Position numbers and translations under genes: made by a program
NCBI GenBank assembly: GCA_023129115.1
Contig: JAGMCR010000004.1
Location: 1 to 64,000, forward strand
Source: Candidatus Iainarchaeum sp.
Lineage (GTDB): Archaea; B1Sed10-29; WALL01
Direction of reading: 5' to 3'
DNA length: 64,000 bases
In this document: one piece after another, positions 1 to 9,746 of the stretch
Layout of the letters: each line of letters begins with the position of its first letter
Position numbering within the stretch: position 1 is the first letter of the stretch
The notes under the pieces: model-generated
Seen by the model: the letters and a program-made list of their open reading frames with translations, nothing else
The model's database searches: none
Told to the model about the DNA's origin: nothing

Positions 1-360
1 CCCGCGGCGAAGCCGGCGGCACCCCAGAAGCCCACAGCAAAAGGCAGGGCGGCGCCCGCGCCAAAGGCGGCGGCACCCCCCAAAGCAAAGCCCACTCCCA
101 AGCCACGGCCGCCGAGCGAGTTCACCCCGGAGACCAAGAGGAGGCTGAGGCAGTTCGACAAGGAGCTTGCCGCCGCCAAGGCCCAGCTGGCGTCACTGTC
201 CGGGAAAAAGCAGGACGTGCTGGCAAAGGCGATTGCCGAGCAGGAGAAGAACATGGCGGCGCTCGACGACGCTGTCCGGAGCAACGACAAGGACAAGGCC
301 GGCGAAGTAAGCTTCCAGCTCCTGTTCAAGAAAGGCGAAATCAAAAATCTTCTGAAGTGA
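1..360 (+). CDS. Partial (5'-truncated) hypothetical protein: Pro/Ala/Lys-rich linker followed by a helical C-terminus
   Basis: Frame 1 is open from base 1 (PAAKPAAPQKPTAK...GEIKNLLK) to TGA at 358-360, overlapping the next ATG (TGATG). Confidence 0.75.
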   Translation, partial: PAAKPAAPQKPTAKGRAAPAPKAAAPPKAKPTPKPRPPSEFTPETKRRLRQFDKELAAAKAQLASLSGKKQDVLAKAIAEQEKNMAALDDAVRSNDKDKAGEVSFQLLFKKGEIKNLLK

Positions 361-902
361 TGGGCGTGAACTTTTCCCTTATCCACGGTGTCTATGGGGG
401 CCCTGAAGAAAATTGGCTGCCGTGGCTGAAGCAAGAGCTGGAGTCGCGGGGCCACAAGGCATTCACACCCGCGTTCCCAACACCTGAAGGCCACTCGCTG
501 GAGAATTGGATCAAGGTTTTTGAAGATTTTCAAAAGGACGCGCAAGGGGCAGTCTTTGTCGCACACTCAATGGCCCCGGCTTTCGTGCTGCACCTGATTG
601 AGAAAGGCCTATCGCCAAAGCACTGCTTCTTTGTCGCGCCATTTTACGGGAAGACGGGAGACGCCGAGATTGACGAGCTGAATTCTTCGTTTATGGGTGC
701 AATCGACTGGGAGAAAGTGGCGTCCGCTTCGCACTATACCTGCTATTACTCGGACAACGACCCCTACGTGCCGGTGGAAACAGCCCTGGACTTCGCCAAG
801 CGGCTCAACGCCGAGGCAAAGATGGTCAAGGGGGCCGGCCACTTCAGTGCCGCCACTGGATACACAGAATTCCCGATGCTCCTCGAAGACTTATTGAAGT
901 AA
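360..902 (+). CDS. RBBP9/YdeN-family alpha/beta hydrolase
   Basis: IHG..G...NWLPWL start, AHSM nucleophile elbow, SDNDPYVP and GAGHF motifs. Confidence 0.88.
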   Translation: MGVNFSLIHGVYGGPEENWLPWLKQELESRGHKAFTPAFPTPEGHSLENWIKVFEDFQKDAQGAVFVAHSMAPAFVLHLIEKGLSPKHCFFVAPFYGKTGDAEIDELNSSFMGAIDWEKVASASHYTCYYSDNDPYVPVETALDFAKRLNAEAKMVKGAGHFSAATGYTEFPMLLEDLLK

Positions 903-935
903 CTGTTTTATACTCCGCTTTCGTAATGGCTTTTG

Positions 936-2234
936 ATGGCAACGAGAGTGATTATCATGGGGGCCGCGGGGAGGGACTTCCACAACTTCAACACGTTTTT
1001 CCGCGACAACCCCAACTACGAAGTCGTGTGCTTCACCGCAACCCAAATCCCGGAAATCACTGACCGGAAGTACCCTGCCGAACTCGCCGGGAGGCTTTAC
1101 CCAAAAGGAATACCAATTTACGAGGAAAAAGAGCTAGCCAAGCTCATCAAGGAGCACGGCGTCGACGACGTGGTGTTTTCGTACAGCGACGTCAGCCACC
1201 GCTATGTTATGGACAAGGCAAGCGTCGTCAACGCCGCCGGGGCCAACTTCAGGCTCTTGGGCGCCGACGCCACCATGATAAAGTCCTCGAAGCCGGTGAT
1301 AGCCGTCTGTGCCGTCCGCACGGGCTGCGGCAAGAGCCAGACCGCAAGGAAAATAGTCAAGCTCCTCAAGGGCAAGGGGAAGAAAATCGTCGCCATAAGG
1401 CACCCCATGCCGTACGGCGACCTAGCCAAGCAGGCAGTCCAGCGCTTCGCCACGTACGAAGACCTGGACAAGCACGAGTGCACAATCGAGGAGAGGGAAG
1501 AGTACGAGCCCTACATCGAGCGCGGGCTCGTCGTCTACGCCGGAGTCGACTACGGGGCAATCCTCCGCGAGGCCGAAAAAGAGGCGGACATAATCCTGTG
1601 GGACGGCGGCAACAACGACTTCTCGTTCTACCACGCGGACCTGTACATCACAGTCGCCGACCCGCTCCGCGTGGGCCACGAGCTTTCCTACTACCCCGGC
1701 GAAATAAGCGCCCGCATGGCCGACGTCATCATCATCAACAAGGAAAACTCGGCCGAGCAGGAAAACATCGGCCGGCTCGTGAAAAACATCAAGAAAATCA
1801 ACCCCGCCGCGAAAATCATCCACGCCGACTCCGCGCTGTCCGTGGACGGCGACATCGCGGGCAAAAAAGCCCTAGTCGTCGAGGACGGGCCCACCACGAC
1901 CCACGGCGGCATGGCCTACGGCGCGGGGTTCGTCGCCGCCAAGGAAGCGGCATGCCAAATCATCGACCCGCGCCCGTTCGCAGTGGGCTCAATCAAGGCA
2001 ACCTTTGAAAAGTTCAGGCATCTGGAAAAAGTCCTGCCGGCCATTGGCTACTTCGGCCAGCAGCTCAAGGACCTCGAGGAAACAATAAACAAGAGCGACG
2101 CCGAAATAGTGGTCTCCGGCACGCCCATCGACCTCACGCGCGTGCTCAACATCAACAAGCCTATTGTGCGCGTGCGCTACGACCTCGCAGAAAAAGGCAG
2201 CCCAAACCTAGAGGAAATACTAAAAGACTTCTAA
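936..2234 (+). CDS. COG2403-type P-loop protein, related to cyclic 2,3-diphosphoglycerate synthetase
   Basis: GAAGRDFHNFN N-terminus, RTGCGKS P-loop, IRHPMPYG, WDGGNND, VVEDGPT. Confidence 0.85.
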   Translation: MATRVIIMGAAGRDFHNFNTFFRDNPNYEVVCFTATQIPEITDRKYPAELAGRLYPKGIPIYEEKELAKLIKEHGVDDVVFSYSDVSHRYVMDKASVVNAAGANFRLLGADATMIKSSKPVIAVCAVRTGCGKSQTARKIVKLLKGKGKKIVAIRHPMPYGDLAKQAVQRFATYEDLDKHECTIEEREEYEPYIERGLVVYAGVDYGAILREAEKEADIILWDGGNNDFSFYHADLYITVADPLRVGHELSYYPGEISARMADVIIINKENSAEQENIGRLVKNIKKINPAAKIIHADSALSVDGDIAGKKALVVEDGPTTTHGGMAYGAGFVAAKEAACQIIDPRPFAVGSIKATFEKFRHLEKVLPAIGYFGQQLKDLEETINKSDAEIVVSGTPIDLTRVLNINKPIVRVRYDLAEKGSPNLEEILKDF

Positions 2235-3301
2235 AGGGCGGCGCTTGGGTCCTTGAGCCCGGAGCCGCTTATTATGAGGGCGATTTTGTCGCTCTTTTTC
2301 TTGTCAATTTTTTCGTAACCCGCGAGAGTCGTGGCTGCCGCGGGCTCTGCGAAAATCCCTTCCTTCCCGAGCCCGCGCACTGCCTTCTTTATCGCGGCCT
2401 CACTGACAGTGACCGCCTCGCCCTTGGACTCGCGCATTGCGTTCAATGCAGTCAAGTCGTTGAACGGCGTCTTCACCATTATCGCCGACGCGATGGTGCT
2501 GCACTTGGTCATCCGCTCCGCCCGGTCCAGGCCCTCCTTCCACGCCGCCGCAATCGGCGCGCAGTTTTTGGGCTGGACCCCAATCATCTCCGGCAGCTTC
2601 CGGACCTTCTTCATTTGCTTGAGCTCCACAAACGCCTTGTGGATTGCCGTAATCAATCCCCCGGTGCCCATGGGCACGATTATCTTGTCCGGCGCGCCCA
2701 TGTCCTCGTACAGCTCGTACCCAATGGTCTTCTCCCCCTCGATGTAGTACGGGTTGAGCCCGGTCATGGCGAGGTAGCTGCCCCTCACGATGTCGTTCCA
2801 GAGCCTCTCCACCGCATCGTGGTAACTCCCCCTCACCCGCACGAGCTCCGCGTCGTAAGCGATTATCTGCGAAAGCTTGTTGGTGGGGGTGTCCGTCGGG
2901 ACGAACACGCGCGACTTGATGTTCGCGTACGCGGCATAAGCGGCAACACTCGCGCCCATATTCCCCGTCGAGGCAGTGCTCACCACTTTGAATCCCTCGG
3001 CAACGGCCCTGGACACCACGACGCTCGTGCCCCTGTCCTTGAACGAGCCAGTGGGGTTGTCGCCCTCCAGCTTGTAGTACGCCTTCCGGTCCAGCCCCTT
3101 CACGAGCGGCGTCCCGCCCTCCTCGAGCGAGTAGTGCCTGCCCTTGTGCGGCAGGCAGGACTGGTACCTCCACACGCCCTTGCCGTCCGGCTTCCACTTG
3201 AGCTTCTTGTACTCTACAAGCAGGGCCGAGCCGCAGTCACAGAGGTACTTGCCCTTCTTGGGCTTGTGCTTTTTCCGGCAGCGGGGGCAAACCAAGTGCA
3301 T
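2231..3301 (-). CDS. thrC: Threonine synthase (PLP-dependent)
   Basis: N-terminal CxxC...CxC, NPTGSFKDRG PLP-lysine motif, ASTGN, PMGTGG, SGSGLKD. Confidence 0.85.
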   Translation of the reverse strand: MHLVCPRCRKKHKPKKGKYLCDCGSALLVEYKKLKWKPDGKGVWRYQSCLPHKGRHYSLEEGGTPLVKGLDRKAYYKLEGDNPTGSFKDRGTSVVVSRAVAEGFKVVSTASTGNMGASVAAYAAYANIKSRVFVPTDTPTNKLSQIIAYDAELVRVRGSYHDAVERLWNDIVRGSYLAMTGLNPYYIEGEKTIGYELYEDMGAPDKIIVPMGTGGLITAIHKAFVELKQMKKVRKLPEMIGVQPKNCAPIAAAWKEGLDRAERMTKCSTIASAIMVKTPFNDLTALNAMRESKGEAVTVSEAAIKKAVRGLGKEGIFAEPAAATTLAGYEKIDKKKSDKIALIISGSGLKDPSAAL

Positions 3302-3353
3302 GGCTGCCCCTACACAGTTGAGGTATTAAATAGTTAGCAGATAATTAGCAGAA

Positions 3354-6300
3354 TCAGCGCAGGCCCATGGCGCCGCCGCCCTCGAGCCTCTTCAGGTCCA
3401 CTTCGACAACCGAGCTGCCCTGTTCCTTGTTCATGGACACGCCGACAATCTGGTCGCTCGCGTGAATCATGGGGTTGTTGTGGGTGATTACAATGAACTG
3501 CGAGTCGTCAGTCCTCTTCTTAATCATCTGCGCAAGCCTCTCCGAGTTCGGCTTGTCCAGCGCCGCGTCGGCCTCGTCCAATATGTAAAACGGGCTCGGC
3601 TTGTACTCCTGCACCGAGAACAGGAACGCCAGCGCCGCAAGCGCCTTCTCGCCGCCGCTCATCGCGTCAATAATCTTGACGGGCTTGCCAGCCGGCCGCG
3701 CCTCAATCAACAAGCCGCCCTCGAACGGGTCGGCCTCGTTCTGGAGCCTGATGTCGGAATAAGCGTCCGTGTTGGGGTAGAACTGCTTGTAAATCCTGTT
3801 CAAGTGCTTCCTAATCTCGCTGAACGCCTCGAGGAACGCCTCCTTCCTGCGCGCATCAATCTCTTCCATCAAGGCAAGCACAGCCTCTTTCTCCTCGCCG
3901 AGCTTGTTCGCCTTTTCCTTCATCACGTCAAGCTCCGCCACGTACTTGTCGTACTTCTCAATCGCCGCGAGGTTTATCGGCGACAGCCGAATCATCTTGT
4001 TATTCAGCGACTCGACCTCTTCCTTCATCTCCTCCACGGCCATCTTGAAGTCCTTCACCTCGACACTCTCGTCGAACTCGGCCTTGAGGTCCGTGAGCCG
4101 CGTCTCCCACTTCGCCTTCTTGAAGTTCTCGTCGTTGAACTGCGACTGCTTGGTCTCGGCCTGCCGCTGCAGCTGGCCCCGCTGCTCCGCAAGCTTCATC
4201 ACCTCGCCCTCCAGCGAGTCCCTGCGCTCCACGAGCCCGCGGATGGACGAAGAAAGCTCTTTCTCCGCAAGCAGCTTTTCCTTTAGTACCGCCTGCACTC
4301 CCTTGTCCTCGGACTCAAGCTGGGACACCTGCTCCTCCCACGCCTTTATCGATTCCTCGCTCTCCTTGATGGAGTTGCGGTATGCCTTCTCCCGCTCGCC
4401 CATGTACTTGTCGAGCTCGGCGTTGATGGTGTTGATTTGAATCATGACCTCGGCCCGCTGGTCCCGCAGCGACTGCAGCCTCTTCTGCATCTCCTCGAGG
4501 CGCTGCGACACGACCCGCGCCTCGGGCGAGTCAATCTTTTCCTTGGCCAGCTCCTTCTTCTCCCCCGCCTCGCTGATTTGCGCCTGCAGGTCCTTCAGCT
4601 TCTTCTCGTCGTTGATTAGCTCGGTCTTGAGCCCCTGGATTTCCTTCTCGATGTCCTCTGCGGAAAGCGAGTACTTCTTCGTCATCGCCTTGTACTCGTC
4701 AATCCTCTGCTGGAGCTCGTTCACCCGCACCTCGGCCTCCTTTACCTTCAGCTCGGCCTCGGCCTTCTGGCCGCGCGTGTGGTTCATCTTCTCCCGCAAT
4801 TCCTCGAGCGCGCGCATGGCTTTCTCGCCCTTCTTCTGCAGCGACTCGCTCTTCTCCTTCAGCTCGTCGACGCGCTTGATTTCCTGGAGCGTGAGAGAGC
4901 CATGCTTGAAGCCCCCAGTGACCGCGCCGCTCGCCTCGGCCAAATCCCCGTCCAGCGTGGCCATGCGGCACGTCCCGAACCCAATCTCCTTGGTCGCGTC
5001 GATGTCCTCCACAATCACTGTGTCGCCGAACACGTACGAAAAGACATTCTGGTACTCTTTCTTGAACTTCACGAGCTTAATCGCGAAGTCGATTGCCTTC
5101 GGATTGTTCATCGCCTTCTCGGCCTGCGCGCTAATCTCGACGGGCCGTATCCTGTCGAGCGGGATGAACGTCGTCGTCCCCAGCTTCTTCCGCTTCAGCC
5201 ACTTGATTGCGTTCGTGGCCGCCTGCGAGTCCTTCGTTACTATGAAGTGCATCCGTGCGCCGGCAGTGGTCTGGACTGCATTGGCGTACTCAACGTCGAA
5301 GCTGCACAATTCCTCGACCGGGCCAATCACGCCCGGCAGCTCACTCTTGGCCTTCATGATGGCGTCGCTCGCAATGTTGCCCGTCATGTGCCTGATGGTC
5401 GCCACCTTTGACTGGAGTGAGTGGTACTTCTCGCGCACCGCGTCTAGCTCGGAACCAATTTCCGAGTACTCTGTGTTCAGCTTCTTCTCTTCCTCGAACA
5501 GGCCCTCGAGCTCCTGGTCAAATCCCCGGAGCCGGCGCTTGTGCTCGGCGAACTCCTTGTTGACCGTGTCGAACGCGCCCTTGAGCTCGCCAATCCGATT
5601 GTCGCTTTCCTCGCGCTCCACACCGCGGTCGCTCACGCTCAATTTCCTGACGCTGATTTTCTCGCGCACCTGGTCCATGCGGCCCTTGACCCCGTAGAAC
5701 AACTCCTTCTTCTTCGCGATGTCCTCGTTCATCTCTTCCAGCCGCTTCGTGATGTCGCCCACCAGGAGGTTCTTCTCGCTGAGCTCGCCCATGTACGCTT
5801 TGAGCTCGCCATCCTTTTCCTTAATCCTCTCGGCATAGGCAGAGTCCTCTTCCCCGAGCTTCTTGAGCGCCTCCCTCTTTTCCTTGGCCTCTTCCTGGCC
5901 CTGGGCTATCAGGCGCTTGGCCTTCTCGATTTCCGCGCGTGTGTTCTTGATGTCTTCCCCGCGGTTCTTGATTTTTTCCTGTGCGAGCGACAGCCTCGAC
6001 TTCAGCTGCTCAATCTCCCGCGAGATGTCGCGCTGCTCGTCCGCACCCTTGTCCATGATTTCCTGCTGCAGCGACTTCAGCTGGTTCTCCCAGTTAGTCA
6101 CCTGCGCCGAAATCTTTTTGATATTGTCCTGGAGCTCGTCTAGGTCCTTGCGCAGCGCCGCGACGTTTTCGCTCGACTCCTTGTACTTCGCCTCGACGTC
6201 CGTGAGCTCTGCGTGGATGATTGCGTGCTTCAGCTCCTTCGCCCTCTCGTCGAAGCGCTTGTACCGCTTGGCCTCGTCCCTCTCCTTCTTTATCTCCTTC

Positions 6301-8498
6301 AAGTAGCCGCCGCGCTCGTGAACGATTATCTCGGCCTCCCTTATCTTGGCGTCGGCCTTCTCGAGCTCACGCAATGCCTTGTCCTTCTTCTGGTTGTACT
6401 CCGCGATGCCGCTTATGTCGTCAATAAGCTCTCTCCGCTGCTTCGGCGTCATGTTGATTATGCTCGTCACGTCGCCCTGCATGATGATGTTGTACCCCTC
6501 TGTGGGAATGCTCATGGTGCTCAAGAGCTCGAGCAGCTCGGTGCGCGTTGTGCGCTTGCCGTTCAAGCGATAAACCGACGACCCCTTCTTGTCGATGCTG
6601 CGCGACACAGTGTACTTTTCCTTGCCGTCCCGCAGGTCAATCGAGACCTCGGCCTCGCCGGTCTTGCTCGAGTGGTGCACCAAGTCCGTCAATCGCCCCG
6701 CCCTCATGGACTTCATCGAGCCCTCGCCAAGCACGAATATTATGGCGTCGTTGAGGTTGCTATTATGCACGAACATGTTTTCTGCGACAAAGTTGTGGTG
6801 GCCGTCAATAGTTAAGTCGTACACCCATTTTTCTTTGCTATTGATTATTTGTACTTCAGTTATTTCGTCCCACAATACGTCGGATTCTGCGAAGGCGCGC
6901 AGTAGTTTTTCGGCCCCATTTTTTATTCCAACGTAGTCGAGCACTTCAGCAAGCCCTTTCCGGCTTGGTTTGCACCGGTCTTCGTAGTACGCAGCCAGTT
7001 TTTGGCATTTTGATTTGTTCTTTTTCACGGACATTGGCGCTTCTTTGATGTATTTTTTTATGAGCCCGTTGACGCCAGGAATCAAGTCGTGGTTGGGGTT
7101 TGTGTCTTTTTTGGGGTGGCGGAGCTTTTGGAGGGCCACAGCTTTTTTCCCTGTGAAGCTCAATTGTTCTGCGAGTGATTCCAGGTTATTGGCGCCATAG
7201 ACAAATACCGAATAATAAGTGCGCACTGTTTTTTTTGCTGTGTTTGCAGCGTATTTGCGTTTTTCCCTTATGCTGCTGGGTATGCTCAGCTGCAGCAGGA
7301 GTGTGGACACGTCTTTTGCGAGCTGCCTGCTTGCCGTGCAGTACTCAACGTAGTTTGGGTTGACGTAAGAGTCCCCCTCAAACAGTGTTGATAGGAATGA
7401 CTTGATGACTTCTTTGCTTGACTCGAATATCTGCGGGGGAACAGTTTTTGTTGAGGAATGGCCGTCGATTTCCATGCCAAATATTCTTTCTGCTGTTTTG
7501 CAGAGGGGTTGCGAGAAAATAATAACGTCTTTGGCGTTTTCCTTGTACTGGAGGACCGCGGGTTCAACACCAAAGCATTTTTTTGCTGTGTAGCAAAAGT
7601 CATTGATGACGCCTTCGTCTTCGTTAACGAAGCGCATCTGGTTTTGTGAAGAGTTCCTGCCCTCTGAAATCATGTAGCCAAGGAAGCGGGCGAGTTCGTT
7701 GTCCATTGCCCAAACTGGTTTTATCGTCTTGTTTTTTCTTCTGCCCTTAACCTCAATTATTAATTCGTCTTCTTTTTGCCGCAAGCCATTTAGTTTCATT
7801 AACTGGTTTAGGTTGTATATGTTTATTGACTGGCCGTCTAGAAGGCCCTTTATTGAATAGTGGGGCACTCCAGCCACTTTTGCAAGTTCGGCCCATGTTT
7901 TATTTTTTTTCAGTGCCTTTATCCCCTCAACTATCTTTTCGGTGTGCGGCACGTACACGCCGTCTGATGCCCTGAAGTATTCTGGGAACTCAATCCGTGT
8001 CTCCCGTGGCGTCGTCTCTAGTTTTCTTGGCGCAGCAATCCATTCCCCCTGCTTTAGTTCTTCTGCTTTTAGGCTAGTGATTTCATTGTTTTTGACAGTG
8101 AACAGGGGGTGGTACAACGTTGTCACGACCTCCCGCCCGCTCCGGGTCTTAATTTTTACCAGTTTTTTGGGGGAAGTTCTTTTGACGAATGCCTTGATGG
8201 GCATGGGCTCAATCTTTTGTGTTTGTGGGTTCAGGCTAAGGGCGTTGATGCCATCCGGGTTTTGTAGGCAGGCCTCTCCGTCGTCCATTGCAGTGGAGCC
8301 GTACTTGCTTATCTGGCTTTCGACAAGCTCTTTAATCGTTGTCTTTTTGCCGCTGGCAAGGACTAGTTGCGAGTCCCCCCTCAGGCACTTCCCCGAGCCG
8401 TTGGGCCCAACTACAGAAGTAAACCCGTCAACAAACGGGATGATTGCGTTGCGGAAGGACTTGAAGTCCTTCATCTTGATTTTCTCGATTTTCCCCAT
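3354..8498 (-). CDS. smc: Chromosome segregation protein SMC, intein-containing
   Basis: KDFKSF, GPNGSGK|SN Walker A split by an intein, QGDV Q-loop, coiled coils, hinge (TFIPLD, GAVTGG), MSGGEK signature, LDEADAALD, ITH. Confidence 0.97.
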   Translation of the reverse strand: MGKIEKIKMKDFKSFRNAIIPFVDGFTSVVGPNGSGKCLRGDSQLVLASGKKTTIKELVESQISKYGSTAMDDGEACLQNPDGINALSLNPQTQKIEPMPIKAFVKRTSPKKLVKIKTRSGREVVTTLYHPLFTVKNNEITSLKAEELKQGEWIAAPRKLETTPRETRIEFPEYFRASDGVYVPHTEKIVEGIKALKKNKTWAELAKVAGVPHYSIKGLLDGQSINIYNLNQLMKLNGLRQKEDELIIEVKGRRKNKTIKPVWAMDNELARFLGYMISEGRNSSQNQMRFVNEDEGVINDFCYTAKKCFGVEPAVLQYKENAKDVIIFSQPLCKTAERIFGMEIDGHSSTKTVPPQIFESSKEVIKSFLSTLFEGDSYVNPNYVEYCTASRQLAKDVSTLLLQLSIPSSIREKRKYAANTAKKTVRTYYSVFVYGANNLESLAEQLSFTGKKAVALQKLRHPKKDTNPNHDLIPGVNGLIKKYIKEAPMSVKKNKSKCQKLAAYYEDRCKPSRKGLAEVLDYVGIKNGAEKLLRAFAESDVLWDEITEVQIINSKEKWVYDLTIDGHHNFVAENMFVHNSNLNDAIIFVLGEGSMKSMRAGRLTDLVHHSSKTGEAEVSIDLRDGKEKYTVSRSIDKKGSSVYRLNGKRTTRTELLELLSTMSIPTEGYNIIMQGDVTSIINMTPKQRRELIDDISGIAEYNQKKDKALRELEKADAKIREAEIIVHERGGYLKEIKKERDEAKRYKRFDERAKELKHAIIHAELTDVEAKYKESSENVAALRKDLDELQDNIKKISAQVTNWENQLKSLQQEIMDKGADEQRDISREIEQLKSRLSLAQEKIKNRGEDIKNTRAEIEKAKRLIAQGQEEAKEKREALKKLGEEDSAYAERIKEKDGELKAYMGELSEKNLLVGDITKRLEEMNEDIAKKKELFYGVKGRMDQVREKISVRKLSVSDRGVEREESDNRIGELKGAFDTVNKEFAEHKRRLRGFDQELEGLFEEEKKLNTEYSEIGSELDAVREKYHSLQSKVATIRHMTGNIASDAIMKAKSELPGVIGPVEELCSFDVEYANAVQTTAGARMHFIVTKDSQAATNAIKWLKRKKLGTTTFIPLDRIRPVEISAQAEKAMNNPKAIDFAIKLVKFKKEYQNVFSYVFGDTVIVEDIDATKEIGFGTCRMATLDGDLAEASGAVTGGFKHGSLTLQEIKRVDELKEKSESLQKKGEKAMRALEELREKMNHTRGQKAEAELKVKEAEVRVNELQQRIDEYKAMTKKYSLSAEDIEKEIQGLKTELINDEKKLKDLQAQISEAGEKKELAKEKIDSPEARVVSQRLEEMQKRLQSLRDQRAEVMIQINTINAELDKYMGEREKAYRNSIKESEESIKAWEEQVSQLESEDKGVQAVLKEKLLAEKELSSSIRGLVERRDSLEGEVMKLAEQRGQLQRQAETKQSQFNDENFKKAKWETRLTDLKAEFDESVEVKDFKMAVEEMKEEVESLNNKMIRLSPINLAAIEKYDKYVAELDVMKEKANKLGEEKEAVLALMEEIDARRKEAFLEAFSEIRKHLNRIYKQFYPNTDAYSDIRLQNEADPFEGGLLIEARPAGKPVKIIDAMSGGEKALAALAFLFSVQEYKPSPFYILDEADAALDKPNSERLAQMIKKRTDDSQFIVITHNNPMIHASDQIVGVSMNKEQGSSVVEVDLKRLEGGGAMGLR
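6762..8387 (-). mobile_element. Intein (542 aa) with a LAGLIDADG homing endonuclease and an HTH-like insert
   Basis: Begins CLRGDS directly after GSGK and ends VYDLTIDGHHNFVAENMFVHN before Ser; block B TLYHPLF; LAGLIDADG blocks ELARFLGYMISEG and SFLSTLFEGDS; visibly AT-richer than the exteins. Confidence 0.95.
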
Positions 8499-8582
8499 CA
8501 CGCCACCAAAACACGAATTCCCACGATATTACGAAGTAAGCCAATAAAAAGCTTCTTATATGGCGAACCCCTATTCCACGCG

Positions 8583-8978
8583 ATGCTAATCACCGGAAAG
8601 GGGCACCCCAACGTCACCTCCAGGCACCCCACCACAATCGCCTTCACCCGCGACAAGGACATCACCCCCCGCGGGGACTGCTTCGTGGCAGTGGCCTGCC
8701 AGTGGGAAGCCACTCCAGAAGTCCTCGAGAAGCTCCGCCGCGCCAAAAAAGTCACGGTCACCATCGAGTGCGGCGGCCGCAAGGAAACCATTGTTGGCTC
8801 CGGGGACCCGGGGCTCACGCTCTCTGAAAACGACCTCGTCATAAGGAAGTCCGGCTGGGTGGACAATCGGACCCTGATGATTGGGGCTGATAAGGCGGCG
8901 AAAGACCTGGATAAAGAGGTGGTCCAATGCCTGAAGCAGCCCGCCCCAGTGAAAATCAGGGTTGTGGCAAAACCTTGA
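8583..8978 (+). CDS. DUF371 family protein
   Basis: GHPNVTSRHPTT, TPRGDC, VIRKS, RTLMIGADKAA motifs. Confidence 0.85.
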   Translation: MLITGKGHPNVTSRHPTTIAFTRDKDITPRGDCFVAVACQWEATPEVLEKLRRAKKVTVTIECGGRKETIVGSGDPGLTLSENDLVIRKSGWVDNRTLMIGADKAAKDLDKEVVQCLKQPAPVKIRVVAKP

Positions 8979-9402
8979 GTATAGGCGCTCCTCTACCCTC
9001 AATGGGGTGAGGAAAGGTGGAGCCCACCCAGCCATGGAGAATACGAGGCACGCACCCTATCCTCAAGAATTCGTGTGCACTTTGCCTTCCGCAATGGAAA
9101 GCAAAGAGACTTATTTTTACTTCAAACTGATATATAAAACCTTTGCTATAAATGCGCTTTTTTTAACACTGGCACTTTTTTTAACACACCAGATTATCAT
9201 CAATTAACTAAACAAACGTCACGCAGTAATGTTATTACACTATACGTTTGTCCAGTGCAGAGAAAAGTTTATATACATGTAAGCCATAATGACTTTGGAG
9301 ATAAACATGGTCTCCAAAAACTACACCTAACCGAGGGGAAGGTGAACGGGCCCACCCAGCCAAAGGGGAAATATTGTTGGTTCACAACTCCCCTCCCCAC
9401 CC

Positions 9403-9615
9403 CTACTTGCGCCGAGACTTTGTCTTCGGCTTGGTCGGAGACGGCTTGCGCGTGTGTGTTCTTGATGGCTTCCCCGGCTTTTTTTCCTGGAGCTGCACGC
9501 CTGCCACAATGACGGCGACGGCTACCCCGGCGGCGAATGAGAAGGTCACGCTCTGCCCAGTGGCCGCGAGCAGGAGAAAGCTCGTGGTCCCCAACACGAT
9601 TCCAAGCTGGTTCAT
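9403..9615 (-). CDS. Small membrane protein with a basic tail (hypothetical)
   Basis: 70 aa with two hydrophobic stretches and a K/R/P-rich C-terminus; TATA-like TTTTATATA just upstream on the minus strand. Confidence 0.5.
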   Translation of the reverse strand: MNQLGIVLGTTSFLLLAATGQSVTFSFAAGVAVAVIVAGVQLQEKKPGKPSRTHTRKPSPTKPKTKSRRK

Positions 9616-9678
9616 GGGTGTAGTTAAGGGGTTTGTATATAAAAGACGTTACACAAAAAACCCGTGTGGACGCGTAGC

Positions 9679-9740
9679 AACCCTTTTCCTGTTACGGGAC
9701 CATAAAGGTCCCGAACGGTGGAAAAGCGTTGGCGGAAAAA
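9679..9740 (+). repeat. Palindromic repeat element family A, copy 1 (AACCCTTTTCC...GGAAAAGCGTT..CGGAAAAA)
   Basis: Ends near-identical to the copy at 36995-37068 and similar to the reverse copy at 12627-12682; flanked by the 15-bp direct repeat GTGTGGACGCGTAGC. Confidence 0.75.
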
Positions 9741-9746
9741 GAGTGT

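Noticed and set aside
9004-9034. GAGGAAAG...GCCCACC resembling the RNase P RNA P4 5' strand, next to DUF371
   Set aside because: It lacks the conserved UCC after GAGGAA, and no matching 3' P4 motif (ACANAANNNGNCUUA-like) is found downstream.
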